64,000 nucleotides of DNA. Origin: Phallusia mammillata (lineage: Eukaryota). How positions within the stretch are numbered: the first letter of the stretch is position 1; every line of letters begins with the position of its first letter. This document shows, piece by piece, positions 1 to 12,466 of the stretch. The position numbers were made by a program, and so were the translations under genes. The stretch covers positions 7,316,001 to 7,380,000 of the forward strand of contig OZ281495.1 of NCBI GenBank assembly GCA_965637545.1, written 5' to 3'. The notes under the pieces are model-generated. The model saw only the letters and a program-made list of their open reading frames with translations. It had not been told where the DNA came from and ran no database searches.

Positions 1-973
1 AAAATTGTACCATATGTACAGTGCTATAGTAATCTATATTTAAATAATTACCACAATCACAATCATTTTATAATTAGACACTTACTTTGTATTGGAAAAT
101 TTAACAAGTTGATTTAATATTATTTTAGCATCTAAAAATAGAGTAAAGTTGAAACTTATTGAACACAATATTACTAAAACTCGCACTAACAATACAACTA
201 CATGTTAAGTGCCTAAAAACTGTCAGAATTTGAATTTGATTGTGCTTCACCAAAAACTTTGCTGATTTCAAAAAACAATTAATTTAACAGAAAAGTTTCA
301 CTATTTTCTTACAAATATGTTTTCTATTTAGGTGACAAACGTAGCGTAAACAATTAGTTATTTTGTATACCTGTCATCTGCGCAAAGAAGTGTGCTTAAC
401 AGAATTTCGAAACGCATTTCTTGCAGCTGCAAAAATAAAATTCATACAAAACTTTTATGTTTCTTACTCGATGGCAAATTGTAGATTTCCGGACTAAAGG
501 AATGGTAAGGTTATGGGTTTCTTGGAGTCGGGCCCAGAAGGGTTTGGAAATGACTGAATATTTCTTTGCTTTTGAACGAACGGAAATATTATATCTTTGT
601 AAGCTTATTGTGACAAGGTAAAACCCTTTTCCTGCCGATCTACGAAAAGTTTTTGCACACGAAGATACAGGTATAAATGTAAACAATGTGCACTAATATG
701 ACGGCCGCTACACTGGAGTATAAAGTTTCGTATCAAGCTTCATTTACCTCATCGAATATATTCAACGAAAACGTCGTTAACATAAGGTTTGCAAGTGTAG
801 CTTGCGAATAGGACGGTCGGTGGAATTTAACAGGTCACGCTTTTCAAGCTGTCCATTATTAGGACAGTGTCATGCAGTGATATCGGAGACAAGTCAGCGG
901 CTGAGAGCGCGGAGAAAGGAAGCGTGGGAGATTTTTACTGCATTCCGCTTTCTCTGTGCAAACGATGTGTCGT

Positions 974-1448
974 TGTAGCAATGTGTATTTTACATTTTTG
1001 TGTGTTATTTAATTTAGCGGCATTTCAGACACTGCAAGGCAATTTTGTGTTACCTTTAAAGTCTAACGCCCTAGCACTTACGTAATCGTAAAAGCGTTTC
1101 TTGTAGCCGCCTTCGTTGTGCAGTAATTATTTCTTTTGTTTCGGAGCGACACTACCTTTGCCCCGAGTTACGATACCACGTTGTCGCTTTGCTATTTAGT
1201 TGCGTTTGCTTTGCTAGTCCTAGGCAAAGGACTTAAATATAGAATTAAAACTAAACTTAGACTCTGTCGCTCACTTCCTTACATAGACTAAGTTATCGCC
1301 AACGCTATACCTTACGTTTGTTGTAGTTTATATATTTTGTTTAATAAACTTGATAATAAACTGTTTTACGTTCTAGTTGTTTTTAGTCAGGTGTCGTCAG
1401 AGTAGGCTACTTTAATTTTGGAGTCAGAATATCTCAATTTTTGCAACA
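974..1448. mobile_element. Probable solo LTR inserted upstream of the zinc-finger ORF
   Basis: TGTAGCAA...TTGCAACA termini (7/8 inverted match); AATAAA motifs near 1343-1360; absent from paralogue B, whose empty site reads GTGTCGTTCGAC; CGT duplicated at the junctions. Confidence 0.65.
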
Positions 1449-2372
1449 CGTTCGACAAACCCTAAAAAAGCCTATTTGTTACGCTGGTAATATGTGTCCT
1501 GTAAAAAAAATCTAATTTTAAGTGCAGTAAAGAGATAGCGAACGGGTACGGTGCACGTGGTTGCATTTCGTGCTGAACTAGCAGTCTCGTCAGTGCGTTA
1601 TAAGTAATTTATGGTTATTGCGGCAAGTGATTTGCTGATAGGTTGGAGTAACAACGATTAGGATCTTTCGATTGGGCTTTGAATGCGCAAAACGCGTTTA
1701 GTTGTATTTTTGAACCGGGTGAGTAGGCGACCCTTTTCGGTGACCTACTTTTCAACAAAATTGCCCCCGGCGGGTGTAGAAGCAAAGTTGCTCAGTTTAT
1801 CTCTTATCACTCGCGTGGGAATATGTTCAGGTCTAAACGACATAAATAGTGTGTCGAGAAACAATTAATCCGACAAGGCGCGTGCTATGGAAATTAAATG
1901 TTGCTAAGTTTTTGGTAAAGTTTAATTGAAATCTTGTACTTCCCAGAAATACTGGTCAGTATATTATTTTTTTGTACAGCTTCGTGATTAAAAGGGGGTG
2001 CTGACCTTAACTTTAAAACAATTGGCAGGAAAAAGGTTGTTGGCACCATCGTGTATAAAATTTATGCTAAAGTTTAAAAAAATAAAAAAAAAGTTTTATT
2101 TTGCGTTCACAAACATAGTTAGATCGGATCAGATATATTTTGTTTTAGTAGCGACATTAACATCTGAAATGAGTTAACACGTATATGCTAGGCTGTTCAA
2201 GACGTTGCTTTTCCATAGTTGTAAAGACGTATGTGCGGCACGATTATTGCATGTGATAAAACAGTTTGAATATAAGTCCAAAGTCCGATACACTCTAAAG
2301 CAACAAACTCATTTATCTTATTTTACAGGGTATCTGCAACAAAAATCCTTGCTGTGTAAGATCAATAAACGT

Positions 2373-3512
2373 ATGATGGACCAAGACATGTTAGAAAGTT
2401 TTTCGTGCAAGTTTTGTGAACAAACATTTGTGAAAAGAAAATCTCTTGAAGATCACATCAGGACACATAAGGAAGCGAGTTATTCCAAGAATGATGATAA
2501 TAATTGTACAGAGAAGGCATCACTAAGTAATCAAGATCAAATGTTTGTGCTGGTCGACTCCGAACAAAATCAAGTTGAAGTTCAAGGGCACCGTTTCAAA
2601 TGTGATATTTGTGAAAAGTCATTTACTCGAGAATGGAATCGCAAAAGACACATGGTGCAACATTTTGATGACAAATCTTTTCAGTGTGAAATATGTGAAA
2701 CTAGGTTTAAAACAAAATTTTCCATGACATCACACATGTTAGTTCATTCAAAAGAAAAACCATTTAAATGCGAAACTTGCGAAAAACACTTCAAAACTCT
2801 TTTCTTGTTAAAAAGCCACTTGTTAATTCATGCACACATTAAATCTTACAAGTGTAAGGTGTGTGAAAAACGTTTCGTCAACGAAAAACGTTTAATCAGG
2901 CATAGCTTAATTCATACTGATGAAAAGCCGTTTAGGTGTGATTACTGTGAAAAGACATTTTGTTTCAAAAGTGAATTAAAAATCCACATTATGAGCCACA
3001 CTGGAGAAAAACCTCATCGATGTGATGTTTGTGAAAAGCGATTTCATACTCTTGGCAAGTTAAATGAACATAAACGGATCCACACAGAAGAAAAGCTTCA
3101 TCGATGTGATGTTTGTGAAAAGCGATTTTATAATCTTACCGGGTTAAATCGACACAAAATGATTCACACAGGAGAAAAGCCGTTTAGGTGTAATTACTGT
3201 AAAAAGAAACTTTGTTCCAAAAGTGAATTACAAACTCACATTATGAGCCACACTGGAGAAAAACCTCATCGATGTGATGTTTGTGAAAAGCGATTTTATA
3301 ATCTTACCGGGTTAAATCGACATAAACTGATTCACACAGGAGAAAAACTGTTTGCATGTGATATTTGTGACAAACGATTTCAGAGGAAAGAAAATCTCAA
3401 CATACACATGGTAATTCACAGCAACAAGATGCCGTACAAGTGTGATATTTGCGAAAAACAATTCAAAAGGAAACAGGAAGTGAAACGACACATGAAAAGC
3501 AACCACATTTAG
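2373..3512 (+). CDS. C2H2 zinc-finger protein, 12 fingers, about 379 aa, no recognisable effector domain
   Basis: ORF-track translation shows 12 CxxC...HxxxH units, mostly with TGEKP-type linkers. First ATG at 2373 follows a plausible acceptor (TTTTACAG, about 2328); the track's start at 2205 is an upstream TTG. Confidence 0.9.
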   Translation: MMDQDMLESFSCKFCEQTFVKRKSLEDHIRTHKEASYSKNDDNNCTEKASLSNQDQMFVLVDSEQNQVEVQGHRFKCDICEKSFTREWNRKRHMVQHFDDKSFQCEICETRFKTKFSMTSHMLVHSKEKPFKCETCEKHFKTLFLLKSHLLIHAHIKSYKCKVCEKRFVNEKRLIRHSLIHTDEKPFRCDYCEKTFCFKSELKIHIMSHTGEKPHRCDVCEKRFHTLGKLNEHKRIHTEEKLHRCDVCEKRFYNLTGLNRHKMIHTGEKPFRCNYCKKKLCSKSELQTHIMSHTGEKPHRCDVCEKRFYNLTGLNRHKLIHTGEKLFACDICDKRFQRKENLNIHMVIHSNKMPYKCDICEKQFKRKQEVKRHMKSNHI

Positions 3513-4236
3513 AAAGTCCTAATTGTGAGATTTTGCAAAGACGTATGAATGTGTTACCAATAAAAGCTACCATTTACAGTTTGTCGTCTGCAGCAAAGTT
3601 TTGTTGTGTTTTGATACGGGATTATAACTCTGATTGTGTTTCAAATTGATTTTTAAGTATGACTTTGCGTGGTGTTGTTAAGATTGAAATTCACAATGAA
3701 ATACAGTGATGTTAAAAACTCACTGATTCTGAAATTATGGTGATTTCGTTGATTGTTGAATTTCGAACGATATGTTAGCAAGCATTTTTGTTATCGTGTA
3801 TACAGAACATACAACAATTAAATGGTTTGCATGCATTTTGCCATTTATTTGTTCGTTTGTAAAATGACAATAGTTTCTTTAGCTTCATGACGATGTTATT
3901 TCATGTAAACTCTGTCGCAATATTTAATTAGAAACAATTCCTATGACGTAACAATGCGTTTGGTTGCGATCATTACGTCAATTTTGTGCTATATTAATCT
4001 GTGAAATTTGTGTTATGGGGTGATATTGTGATGTATTCTACTTGGAAGAGCGTGTATTATGTAGTTCTCGGTGTGCCAAAATACAGTTTTGCATACAAAT
4101 TATCACGGTTTGGAGTATGTATTCAAACTAGTTTGCGCTGATTATTTCTAGAAAAAAAAAATAAAAGGTCTCCAATCATTACGCAGATTTAAAATCAACA
4201 CCGGCTTCTACGGATTTTTTTGATTTATGTATAGCC

Positions 4237-5144
4237 CAGGGGTGTCAAACTCAAACTGCCTTGAGGGCCAAAACCAACCTTTTAAGTAAGTCGAGGGCCA
4301 CACTATCGAAACGTTTGTTACAGTGTAACATGAAAATTTGCATGACTAAAAAGGTAAAAGTATTGTTGTAAATAACAAACAGGTTTTTAGTGTAGCAGAG
4401 TGAAAAATAAACAACTAAGCTTTATTGCTTTGTGTGCAAACAATGGTATACAATGACGTAACAATCGTCATTGCTGATTCTATCGGCTATTTCGATCATC
4501 TAATCCGGGCCGCCTCCGGCCCTGGAGGTCATTTTATCCGGCCCGCGAACACTTTTTTTGTTTGCCAAACCGTATTGACAATATTGTAACATTCAAAAAT
4601 TAATCTGGTCCTTACAAAAGTTTACCTGTCGCATTAATATTACCTAGTGTCACAGGATTACAACGCCCAGAATTGATCCAAAGCCAGATTGTTACGTCAC
4701 AGACAAGACTACAAGTGTCCATTGTGCGCAAAGAATTCCCTTATTCTTTTAGTTTTGATGTAATATACAGCATTGCTCTTAAGGCGTGACTAACTATACA
4801 ATTTAACAGTCGCATCACCAATCTTTAAATAGGATTGTAGAAAGACCATATCTTGGCGCACCTACAAAAATCTCCGCGCGGGATAAGTTTGGAAAGACGG
4901 CGCTAGGACATTTAAATTATGCGGCCCGCTCAAATCATTTTTAAACTTATCCGGCCGCAGTAAAAAAAGTTTGGTGACCCCTGATCTAATCAAAACGCTG
5001 CATATGCCACCAATAGAGAAGGATTGTATCATGTGAACTCATTGGTATGACAGGGTATTCCGCCTGAGTAAAACACATTACTTTGCAAAGGTACTTCGCG
5101 GACCGCACAAAAGCTCTTGGAGGGCCACATGTTTGACACCCGTG
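4237..5144. mobile_element. Non-autonomous hAT (Charlie/Buster-type) MITE
   Basis: TIRs CAGGGGTGTCAAAC / GTTTGACACCCGTG; degenerate 8-bp flanks GTATAGCC / ATGTAGCC. Confidence 0.8.
4506..4983. mobile_element. Nested hAT MITE lacking its left TIR
   Basis: Right end GTTTGGTGACCCCTG; perfect 8-bp TSD ATCTAATC at 4498-4505 and 4984-4991; left side begins in GGGCCG/GGCCC subterminal motifs. Confidence 0.75.
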
Positions 5145-5656
5145 ATGTAGCCAGTTACATACATCATTAACACATCCAAAAGAAAAAAAATGAGTTTTTC
5201 TTCGGCTGGGGCAAATCGTAGTATTGTATTTGTACTTTATTCATTTGGTCAGGAGTCATTATTCTGCATGGAAGCATAGGTAATTGTGTAACTCTTTTTT
5301 TTCACGGCGAATATTTCGCAAAATGGCGTTTTTAAAAAGGCCTGTATAATTGTGACGTCATTATGTGTGTGACGTATCCGGGTGATGACGTAGTTTATTA
5401 TGTATCAATATCGTCAGGTTACGTCATGGGTTAGGAAGTTATTGCGTTTGGTCAAGAAAGTACACCACACCCCTAGTAATCTATATTTAAATAATTACCA
5501 CAATCGCCATCATTATATAATTAGACACTTGCTTTGTATTGGTAACTTGAAAAAGTTGATTTAATATTATTTTAGCACCTAAAATAGAATAAAGTTGAAA
5601 CTTATTCAACACAATATTAGTAAAATTCGCACTAACAATACAACAACATTTTATGG

Positions 5657-5970
5657 GGTCACGTCTAAAACTGCGGGGCCACTTGACCCGCCTTATGCAA
5701 TAGAAAAAAACTGCGGGCCCACTTTATCCCGTTCTTGGCCCGCTTCTGGCAAGTATAAAAACTGCTGACCCAGCACTTTATCCCGTGCTTGACCCGCCTC
5801 TCGCAGGGAAAAACTGCGGGCCGGCTTGATCAAGCCGTGGACACGACTGTCACATGTCATTAAAATTTGATTTTGACCAGATCTGAACGGCAATAATTGT
5901 TTGAGGCGGGCCAAGTGCTGGGCCAAGCGGGCCAAGTGATCCAAGTGGGCCATCAGTTTTAGACGTGACC
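5657..5970. mobile_element. MITE-like insertion with 17-bp perfect TIRs
   Basis: GGTCACGTCTAAAACTG / CAGTTTTAGACGTGACC; GC-rich internal repeats (CTGCGGGCC, GGGCCAAG); absent from unit A; no clear TSD. Confidence 0.7.
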
Positions 5971-7039
5971 GCTGTCAGAATTTAAATTTGGTTACGCTTG
6001 ACCGAAAACTTCGCGCTCTGCTGATTTCAAAAAAGCAATTATTTTGATAGAAAAGTTTCACTATTTTCTTCACTGACAAATATATTTTCTATTAAGTGAC
6101 AAACGCAACGTACAAATTTAGTTTTTTTATACTTGTTATCTGCGCAAGGAAGTGTGCTCAACACAACTTCGAAACGCTTTTCTAGCAGCTGCAAAAAAAT
6201 CATGTAAAACTTTTATGTTTTCTACTCGATGGCGAAGTGTAGATTTCCGATTTTTTTTCCGAGGTATTTTCCGAGATTTCCGAGGTTATGGATTTCTTGG
6301 AGTCGTCCCAAAAGGGTTTGGAACTGACTAAATATTTCTTAGCTTTTGAAAGAACGGAAATATTATATTTTTGAAAACTTATTGTGACAAGGTAAGACTC
6401 TTTTCCTGCCGATCTATGAAAAGTTTTTGCACACGAAGATACAGGCATAAATGAAAACAATGTGCACTAATATGACGGCCGCTGCACTGGAGTATAAAGC
6501 TTCGTATCAAGCTTCATTTACCTCATCGAATATATTCTACGAAAACGTCGTTTACATAAGGTTTGAAAAGTCTAGTTTCCAAGTTGCAAATACCACGGTC
6601 GGTGGAATTCTACCGACCCTCGTATTCACAAGCTAGCTAGACAGGTAGCGCTTTTCAAGCTGTGCGGACAGAATCATGCAGTGACATCGGAGTCCAGTCA
6701 GCGGCTGAGAGCGCGGACGACGAAGAGTGGAAGATTTCTCCTGCATTCTACTTTCTCTGTACCAACGATGTGTCGTTCGACTGCAGTAAGCGTTAAAAAA
6801 ATCTACTTGTTACGCTGGTAATGTGTGTAATGTAAAAAAAAATCGAATTTTATGTGCAGTACGGTGCCACGTGGTTACATTTCGTGCTGAATTAGTAGTC
6901 TCTTTAGTACACTATAAGTTATTTGTGGTTATGGCAGCAATTGATTTGATTATAGGTGGCAGTAATAACGATTAGGATGTTTTGATTGGGGTTTCAATAC
7001 ACAAAACGCCACGTTCTTGTTGTGTAAGATCAGTAAACG

Positions 7040-7555
7040 TAAGATTGACCCAGACATGTTAGACAAAGATTGACCCAGACAAAGTTTTTTAAGTTTTTTG
7101 AGCAAACATTTGTGAACAGAAAATCTCTTGAAGATCACATCAGGACACATAAGGAAGCGAGTTTTTCCGAAAATGATGGTGATATTTGCACAGAGAAGAA
7201 ATCAACAAGTAATCAATAAAAAAATTTGTGCTGGCCGACCCCGAAAAAAATCAAGTTGAAATTCAAGAGCACCGTTTCAAATGTGATATTTGTGGAAAGT
7301 CTTTTACTCGAGAATGGAATCGCAAAAGACACATGGTGCAACATGTTGATGACAAACCTTTTCAGTGTGAAACATGCGAAAAACACTTCAAAACGTATGT
7401 TTTGTTAAAAAGCCACTAGTTAATTCATGCACACATTGAATCTTACAAGTGTGGTAGTTCACAGCGACAAGATGCGCTACAAGTGTGATGTTTGTGAAAA
7501 ACCGTTCAAGGGGAAACAGTATGTGAAACTACACAGTAGAAGAAACCACATTTAG
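7040..7555 (+). pseudogene. C2H2 zinc-finger pseudogene (copy of 2373-3512)
   Basis: Start codons mutated (AAGATTGACC versus ATGATGGACC), premature TAG at about 7417, finger 3 and fingers 5-11 deleted. Confidence 0.85.
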
Positions 7556-7624
7556 AAAGAGTCTTAATTGTGAGATTTTGGCAATAAGTATGAATGTGTT
7601 ACCAACAAAATCTACCATTTACAG

Positions 7625-7700
7625 CAGGGGTGTCCAACCTATTTGGCCAAAGGGCCAAATGCGGTTTAGAAATGTTTGCGCGGGCCACATGACTGTCTAC
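7625..7700. mobile_element. hAT MITE left-end fragment
   Basis: CAGGGGTGTCCAACCT followed by GGGCCA motifs; similarity to unit A stops exactly here; no right end found. Confidence 0.6.
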
Positions 7701-8039
7701 TGCTAATTTGTAATCTTACAAATAGATGTCTTATAATATCTAATTGAAACACTCAGGCCGAAACTCTAATCTTAGGAATGTGTATTATCCTCGTTTGCAG
7801 TTATAAAGACAATAAACATACCAAGATTTATAGTAAAGTCAACAAAGTTTTTACCACACGTCGACATTTCAATGTGAAGTTTAGCACTGTTTTCATCTAA
7901 CAAGTTTGGCAATATTCGGTGAGATGGAGTTAGTGCATTCAACTCGTGAACCTGTTTTATGAATTGTTTTCGCAATTTTAAGTTCACTGGGCTGTTCCCC
8001 ATGTCGTATAAACCAAAGCAAACGGTGAAACAATACCTT

Positions 8040-8677
8040 TGACCATTTTGATGCACAGTATTTAAGGAATTTCGTGACTGGGCACAGATTTACGACTGTC
8101 AAGAGTGGATATATATGTTTCCACCAAGCCAGTTATTCTAAGATTGATGACAACGACTGTACACAGGGTAACAACAACAAACAAACTAACATTTTCTGTA
8201 TCGGCGGACAGTGCGCAAAATCAAGCAGAGAATGTAACAAAACGTTACAAATGTGATATTAGTGAAAAGTGATTTGCTTATAAATACGAACGCAAAAAGC
8301 ACATGGTAATAATGCATTTCGACGAAAGGCCATTTCAGTGCGAAAGGTGTCATAGCAGATTTAAAACGAAAGGCACCGTGAGAAACCACATGCTGGTTCA
8401 CTCTGCTATAAAACGTTTTAAATGTGTGGTGTGTGACAAACATTTCGTCAAAACTAAAGATTCAAAAGTACATCAGTTCATTCATACCGATGAGAAACCT
8501 TGCGAATGTGTTTATTGCAAAAGAAGATTTAGTGCACCTTCAAGCAGAAGACTGCATCTGAAGATTCTCACCGGTGAAAGAAAACACAAGTGTAAAGTGT
8601 GTGAGAAATCATTTACGCAACCTCGTACACTCGATAACCATATAATCACACACACAGAAGAAAAATCGAGTCAATAG
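8040..8677 (+). pseudogene. C2H2 zinc-finger pseudogene (third paralogue)
   Basis: QASYSKIDDNDCTQ matches EASYSKNDDNNCTE of the intact gene; frameshift and stop near 8200-8270; about four fingers in ORF 8303-8677. Confidence 0.8.
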
Positions 8678-10149
8678 CGCAGAAACCAATAAATTTCGAA
8701 TTAACATTAAAATGAAATATGGAATCAACAGAGAGACTAAATGGCAAACACACATAGACGGTGTTTGCACGAAAAAGAATTTATTATTTAGTGGGAAACC
8801 GTTTTCTCTATGTTTATGATGTTGCTATATTTATTTTATGATGTGCTAGCGTCCTCCAATTAACGTGAAAACTCACAGTAACCAGGTTTGCTAACATTGA
8901 AACTGGGGTCAAGGGTGCTGGACCATTTGCCTGCCCGGTAAGCATTTTTACGTAAATTGCATTCAAAATTATGCTTGCGCCACCTACCGGAAATTAGCAA
9001 GACTGGCTACTGTGAGTTCTTACGTCATTAGCTCCACCTTGCCCAGGTTTCACATGACTGCACCCTTATTTCGAGCTACGCAAGAAACAACAGTTTTTCA
9101 TGGTGTTAACATGTGCATTGATGAGAAATAAGTTATTAGATGTTTTGGGAACTACATTTTTACGTACAGATTCGTAGACATCGAAGCATCAGAACGTTTT
9201 TTTTCTTTAATAGTTATTATGACGACGCCGAAATGAAGTGCTTCGCACCCAGAAATACCGGCTTTAATGTAAACATTGTGCAATATTGTTACGTTGGCTG
9301 GTACTTCGGTTTAAATCGCAGGTTCTAGGCCTTTTTGTCTCGAAAGTCACTGTCACGAAACCATGAAAGGAGAGAATAACAACATAAACTCGAATTTATT
9401 GGTAGACCATAGATATATGCCCGGAAATATACAAAAAGGGCGATACTAAGAAGTAAATTCGAACGGTAAAAACTTTAGCTGGTGGAAGGCTTATGATGCA
9501 AAGTTTTCTGACATTTGGAAAAAGGAAACTGAGATAATCTCAGACACTGACAAAACGCAACAACAAATATATAGCTTTGCGTTTTATCCACTTATCACTA
9601 GTCGATTTTCAGGCTTGTTTAAAATTTAGAAAACATTTGACCACCAAAACCACAAACAAAACAAATTTCTGCGATGATTTATTGTGTAGTGAAACCACAT
9701 TCACAAATAACTGCGGCAAATTGATTCAGCGCTTATACACAGGGATCGAAAATGTTTCATGTTATGCAAGCTGTAAAATCCTAATATCAACTCAGAACAT
9801 TGTCAACCCAGACCAATATTATCTAGCAAGGGGTATGACATTTTACATGCCTATTTCCAAAGTAGGCTTGTCTTTCCAGAGGAAAATTACAAGAAATCGC
9901 TGGCGAAAGTTTAAATTGCAAACAAAAAACAGAAACGGGCATTTCACTATGGAAACCACATAAAGTGTTTGTCTCAAAAAATATTAGTTTAAAGGTTTTT
10001 AAAGTTTGCCATAAATATCACATAACTTACAAAGGTTTATTTTCTTTTGTATGAATCACAACTTTAGCGATTAACGAACGCTTGTTTGTTTTGAAAAACA
10101 TTACATCGAATGGGTTTCACCATTGTGGTATATCATATGTTTTTGTAAT

Positions 10150-10950
10150 TCACGTTTGGAACGATACGTTTTTTTCACAAGTATCACGCTTGAACGGTTT
10201 TTCACCTGTGTGAGTCATCCAATGAGTTTTAAGCGCCCCAGATTGAATGAATGATTTTTCACAAACGTCACATTTATATTTTCTTTCTCCAGTGTGAATA
10301 CTCAAATGTTTACTTCTGTTTGAAGTCAAATTAATTTTTTTGTCACAGTAACTACAAGGGTAAGGTTTCTCACCAGTATGAATCAACTCGTGTCTTTTTA
10401 AATCTCTTTTTTCGATGAAACGTTTAGCACACATCTTACACGTGTAACGTTTAAAGTCGGTATGAATCAACAAGTGTCTTTGTAGTTGGTAGCTGATTTT
10501 AAACCGCTTTTCGCAAATTTCACACTTAAAGGTCTTTCATCATTGTGTACTAACAAATGGGTGTGAAGGGCTCCTTCAAATTTAAAACTTTTCTCACTTT
10601 TTTCTCATCTGAATGAACCAACACATGTGATTTCAAATTTTGCTTGCTTTTGAACTTCATGTCGCAATTTTCGCACTGAAAAGGTCTATCATCAGAATGC
10701 ACGAACAGCATGTGCGATCTGCGGCCTCGCTGGTGAGCAAAAGACTTTTCACAAACATCACATTTGAAAGGTTTTTCTTTCAGCATATGTTTAAAGTTTG
10801 TTGCATTTTTGAGTTGAACTTTGGTCATTAGTCTGAATGTGGTCAACGGATGCAATTACTTTTTTTGGTTGACCTCTTGTAGCGCCACCTTGCTTTGAAA
10901 GTTGTACATTTGGCTTACACAAAATATATTTTGAATACACCATTTAACAT
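10150..10950 (-). pseudogene. C2H2 zinc-finger pseudogene (fourth paralogue)
   Basis: Finger arrays in ORFs 10550-10855 and 10150-10473, linked by frameshifted finger remnants (HTHLLVHNDERP; CEICEKRFKISYQLQRH). Confidence 0.8.
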
Positions 10951-11739
10951 CATGATATGATTGAACACAAGAAAAAAACATGTTTTTGTCTATATTCCTA
11001 AAGCAAACATAGTACTCAAACCCTACATAAAGATATTTAACCATCACATTTTAATTTTTAATAGATTAACATCCAAAGTGAACAGTTCTTTGAAAACATC
11101 GATGAAAGTATATGTTTACTTCTTTGGACCAACAGAAGATTTCTAAAGCACGAAAGTTGGGCAAACGAGGGTGTCCTGCAACCGTAAAAAATTTACATTC
11201 CGTACACTTTCTTCTGTTAGTAAACTTGCATAATGAAAAACTATGTGACACCTGGTTTTAACGTTTTCGTTCATTTTCAGATCAAATTTATGTCGGGTTG
11301 AAAAGCAAAAATACTGTTTTGTAAACCTAAATAGCTTAACAGGCAGACATGTTTTAAAATCAAATTATAGGCTACCAACCGAAACTGAACTTAACTGGCG
11401 TGACATATACCCATTCGCCACTCTTTGACTCTGAATAGCACACTGTGCCTGCCTGATGTTTAGCGTACAGCCATCAAGTACGTTACGCTGGGTTTTTCAA
11501 GCAATATATTATCCGCCAGGCTGTGTGACCAACCAGCAATCAAGTAAATTGCTAATACATGGGCACTTGTTTTGGGTTTGCTAACTTCAATATCCCACAA
11601 GCAAAATGAAACTGGTGTGACCTAATGCCCACCCTCCTCTAAAACTTATTGTTTACACCATTGTCTACTATTGTTCATCGTGTTTGTTGTCTTTCTCTTT
11701 TTTCTTTCTCATCCTTTGTTGCAAGGCTTTCTTGGATAG

Positions 11740-11850
11740 GCCAGTCAATCAAATTTCGGGCCTAAACGGGCTTTGCAAAAACGTTTCGGGTTTGGGTCGG
11801 GCTTATACTTTCGGGTTCGGGCTCAGATTTTGGGCCTGCTTGCAACTCTG
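11740..11850. mobile_element. Right-end fragment of the CAGAGTTG hAT MITE family
   Basis: CGGGTTCGGGCTC...TGCAACTCTG resembles 45760-45822. Confidence 0.55.
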
Positions 11851-12466
11851 GTTTAGCGGCGGCCTCTCTCATTACCGTTATCGTGTGCTTTTATAGTACA
11901 ACGAACTGGACGGATTGCCTGCTGTCTTTAACTCTCGTCTTATGCGGCCTAAACAGGCTATATGCATGTTAATTTGATAAGTATGAATTACATTATTCTG
12001 CAACAGTGGATCCTTATTTCTAGACACTTTATGTTTTGCCCAATAACACAAGCATAACAACTATGTGAACATACACAGTACATGATAGAAAAGTCTTAAT
12101 TGTATCCAGTGCAGCATGCAGTGACCAATGTAACATTGCACAGTGTTTACATTATGGCGCTAGCGTTTCGCGCACAGATAATTTCCTAAAAAGATAAGCC
12201 TGTTGTACCGTGATGCAATAACAATTAAAGAAAAAAACCTTTCCGTACACCTTGCGTGTGCATGCTGTCTTAGAAAATACCACCTCATAACATGTTTTTT
12301 AGCATTTGTGTTTTTTTTGCTTTGCGAAGAAAGAATTAGTTTTGCTGTTTTAATACCATGTTTCATAAATGATACCATGTTTAATTCGACATTTGAGTCT
12401 AAATTTCACTTCATTTTCCATTCGATTCCTCGTTTGGTTTCAATAGTATAAATCAACTCTGCCTTT

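Larger units (their letters stand above)
28..3580. repeat. Segmental duplication unit A (zinc-finger gene plus upstream region); paralogous to 5474-7624
   Basis: Colinear similarity from TAGTAATCTATATTTAAATAATTACCACAATC (about 28 and 5474) to CTACCATTTACAG (about 3580 and 7624). Compared by eye; boundaries approximate. Confidence 0.9.
5474..7624. repeat. Segmental duplication unit B (deleted copy of unit A)
   Basis: Colinear with 28-3580 but lacks the solo LTR, about 1700-2345 and most fingers; carries an extra TIR element at 5657-5970. Confidence 0.9.

Noticed and set aside
2205-2372. N-terminal 56 aa of the 435-aa zinc-finger ORF
   Set aside because: Starts at TTG and spans a likely intron and acceptor; no domain signal.
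9330-9963. Protein-like fragments (NFSWWKAYDAKFSDIW; ORF 9577-9963)
   Set aside because: Short, stop-bounded and unassignable without a database search.
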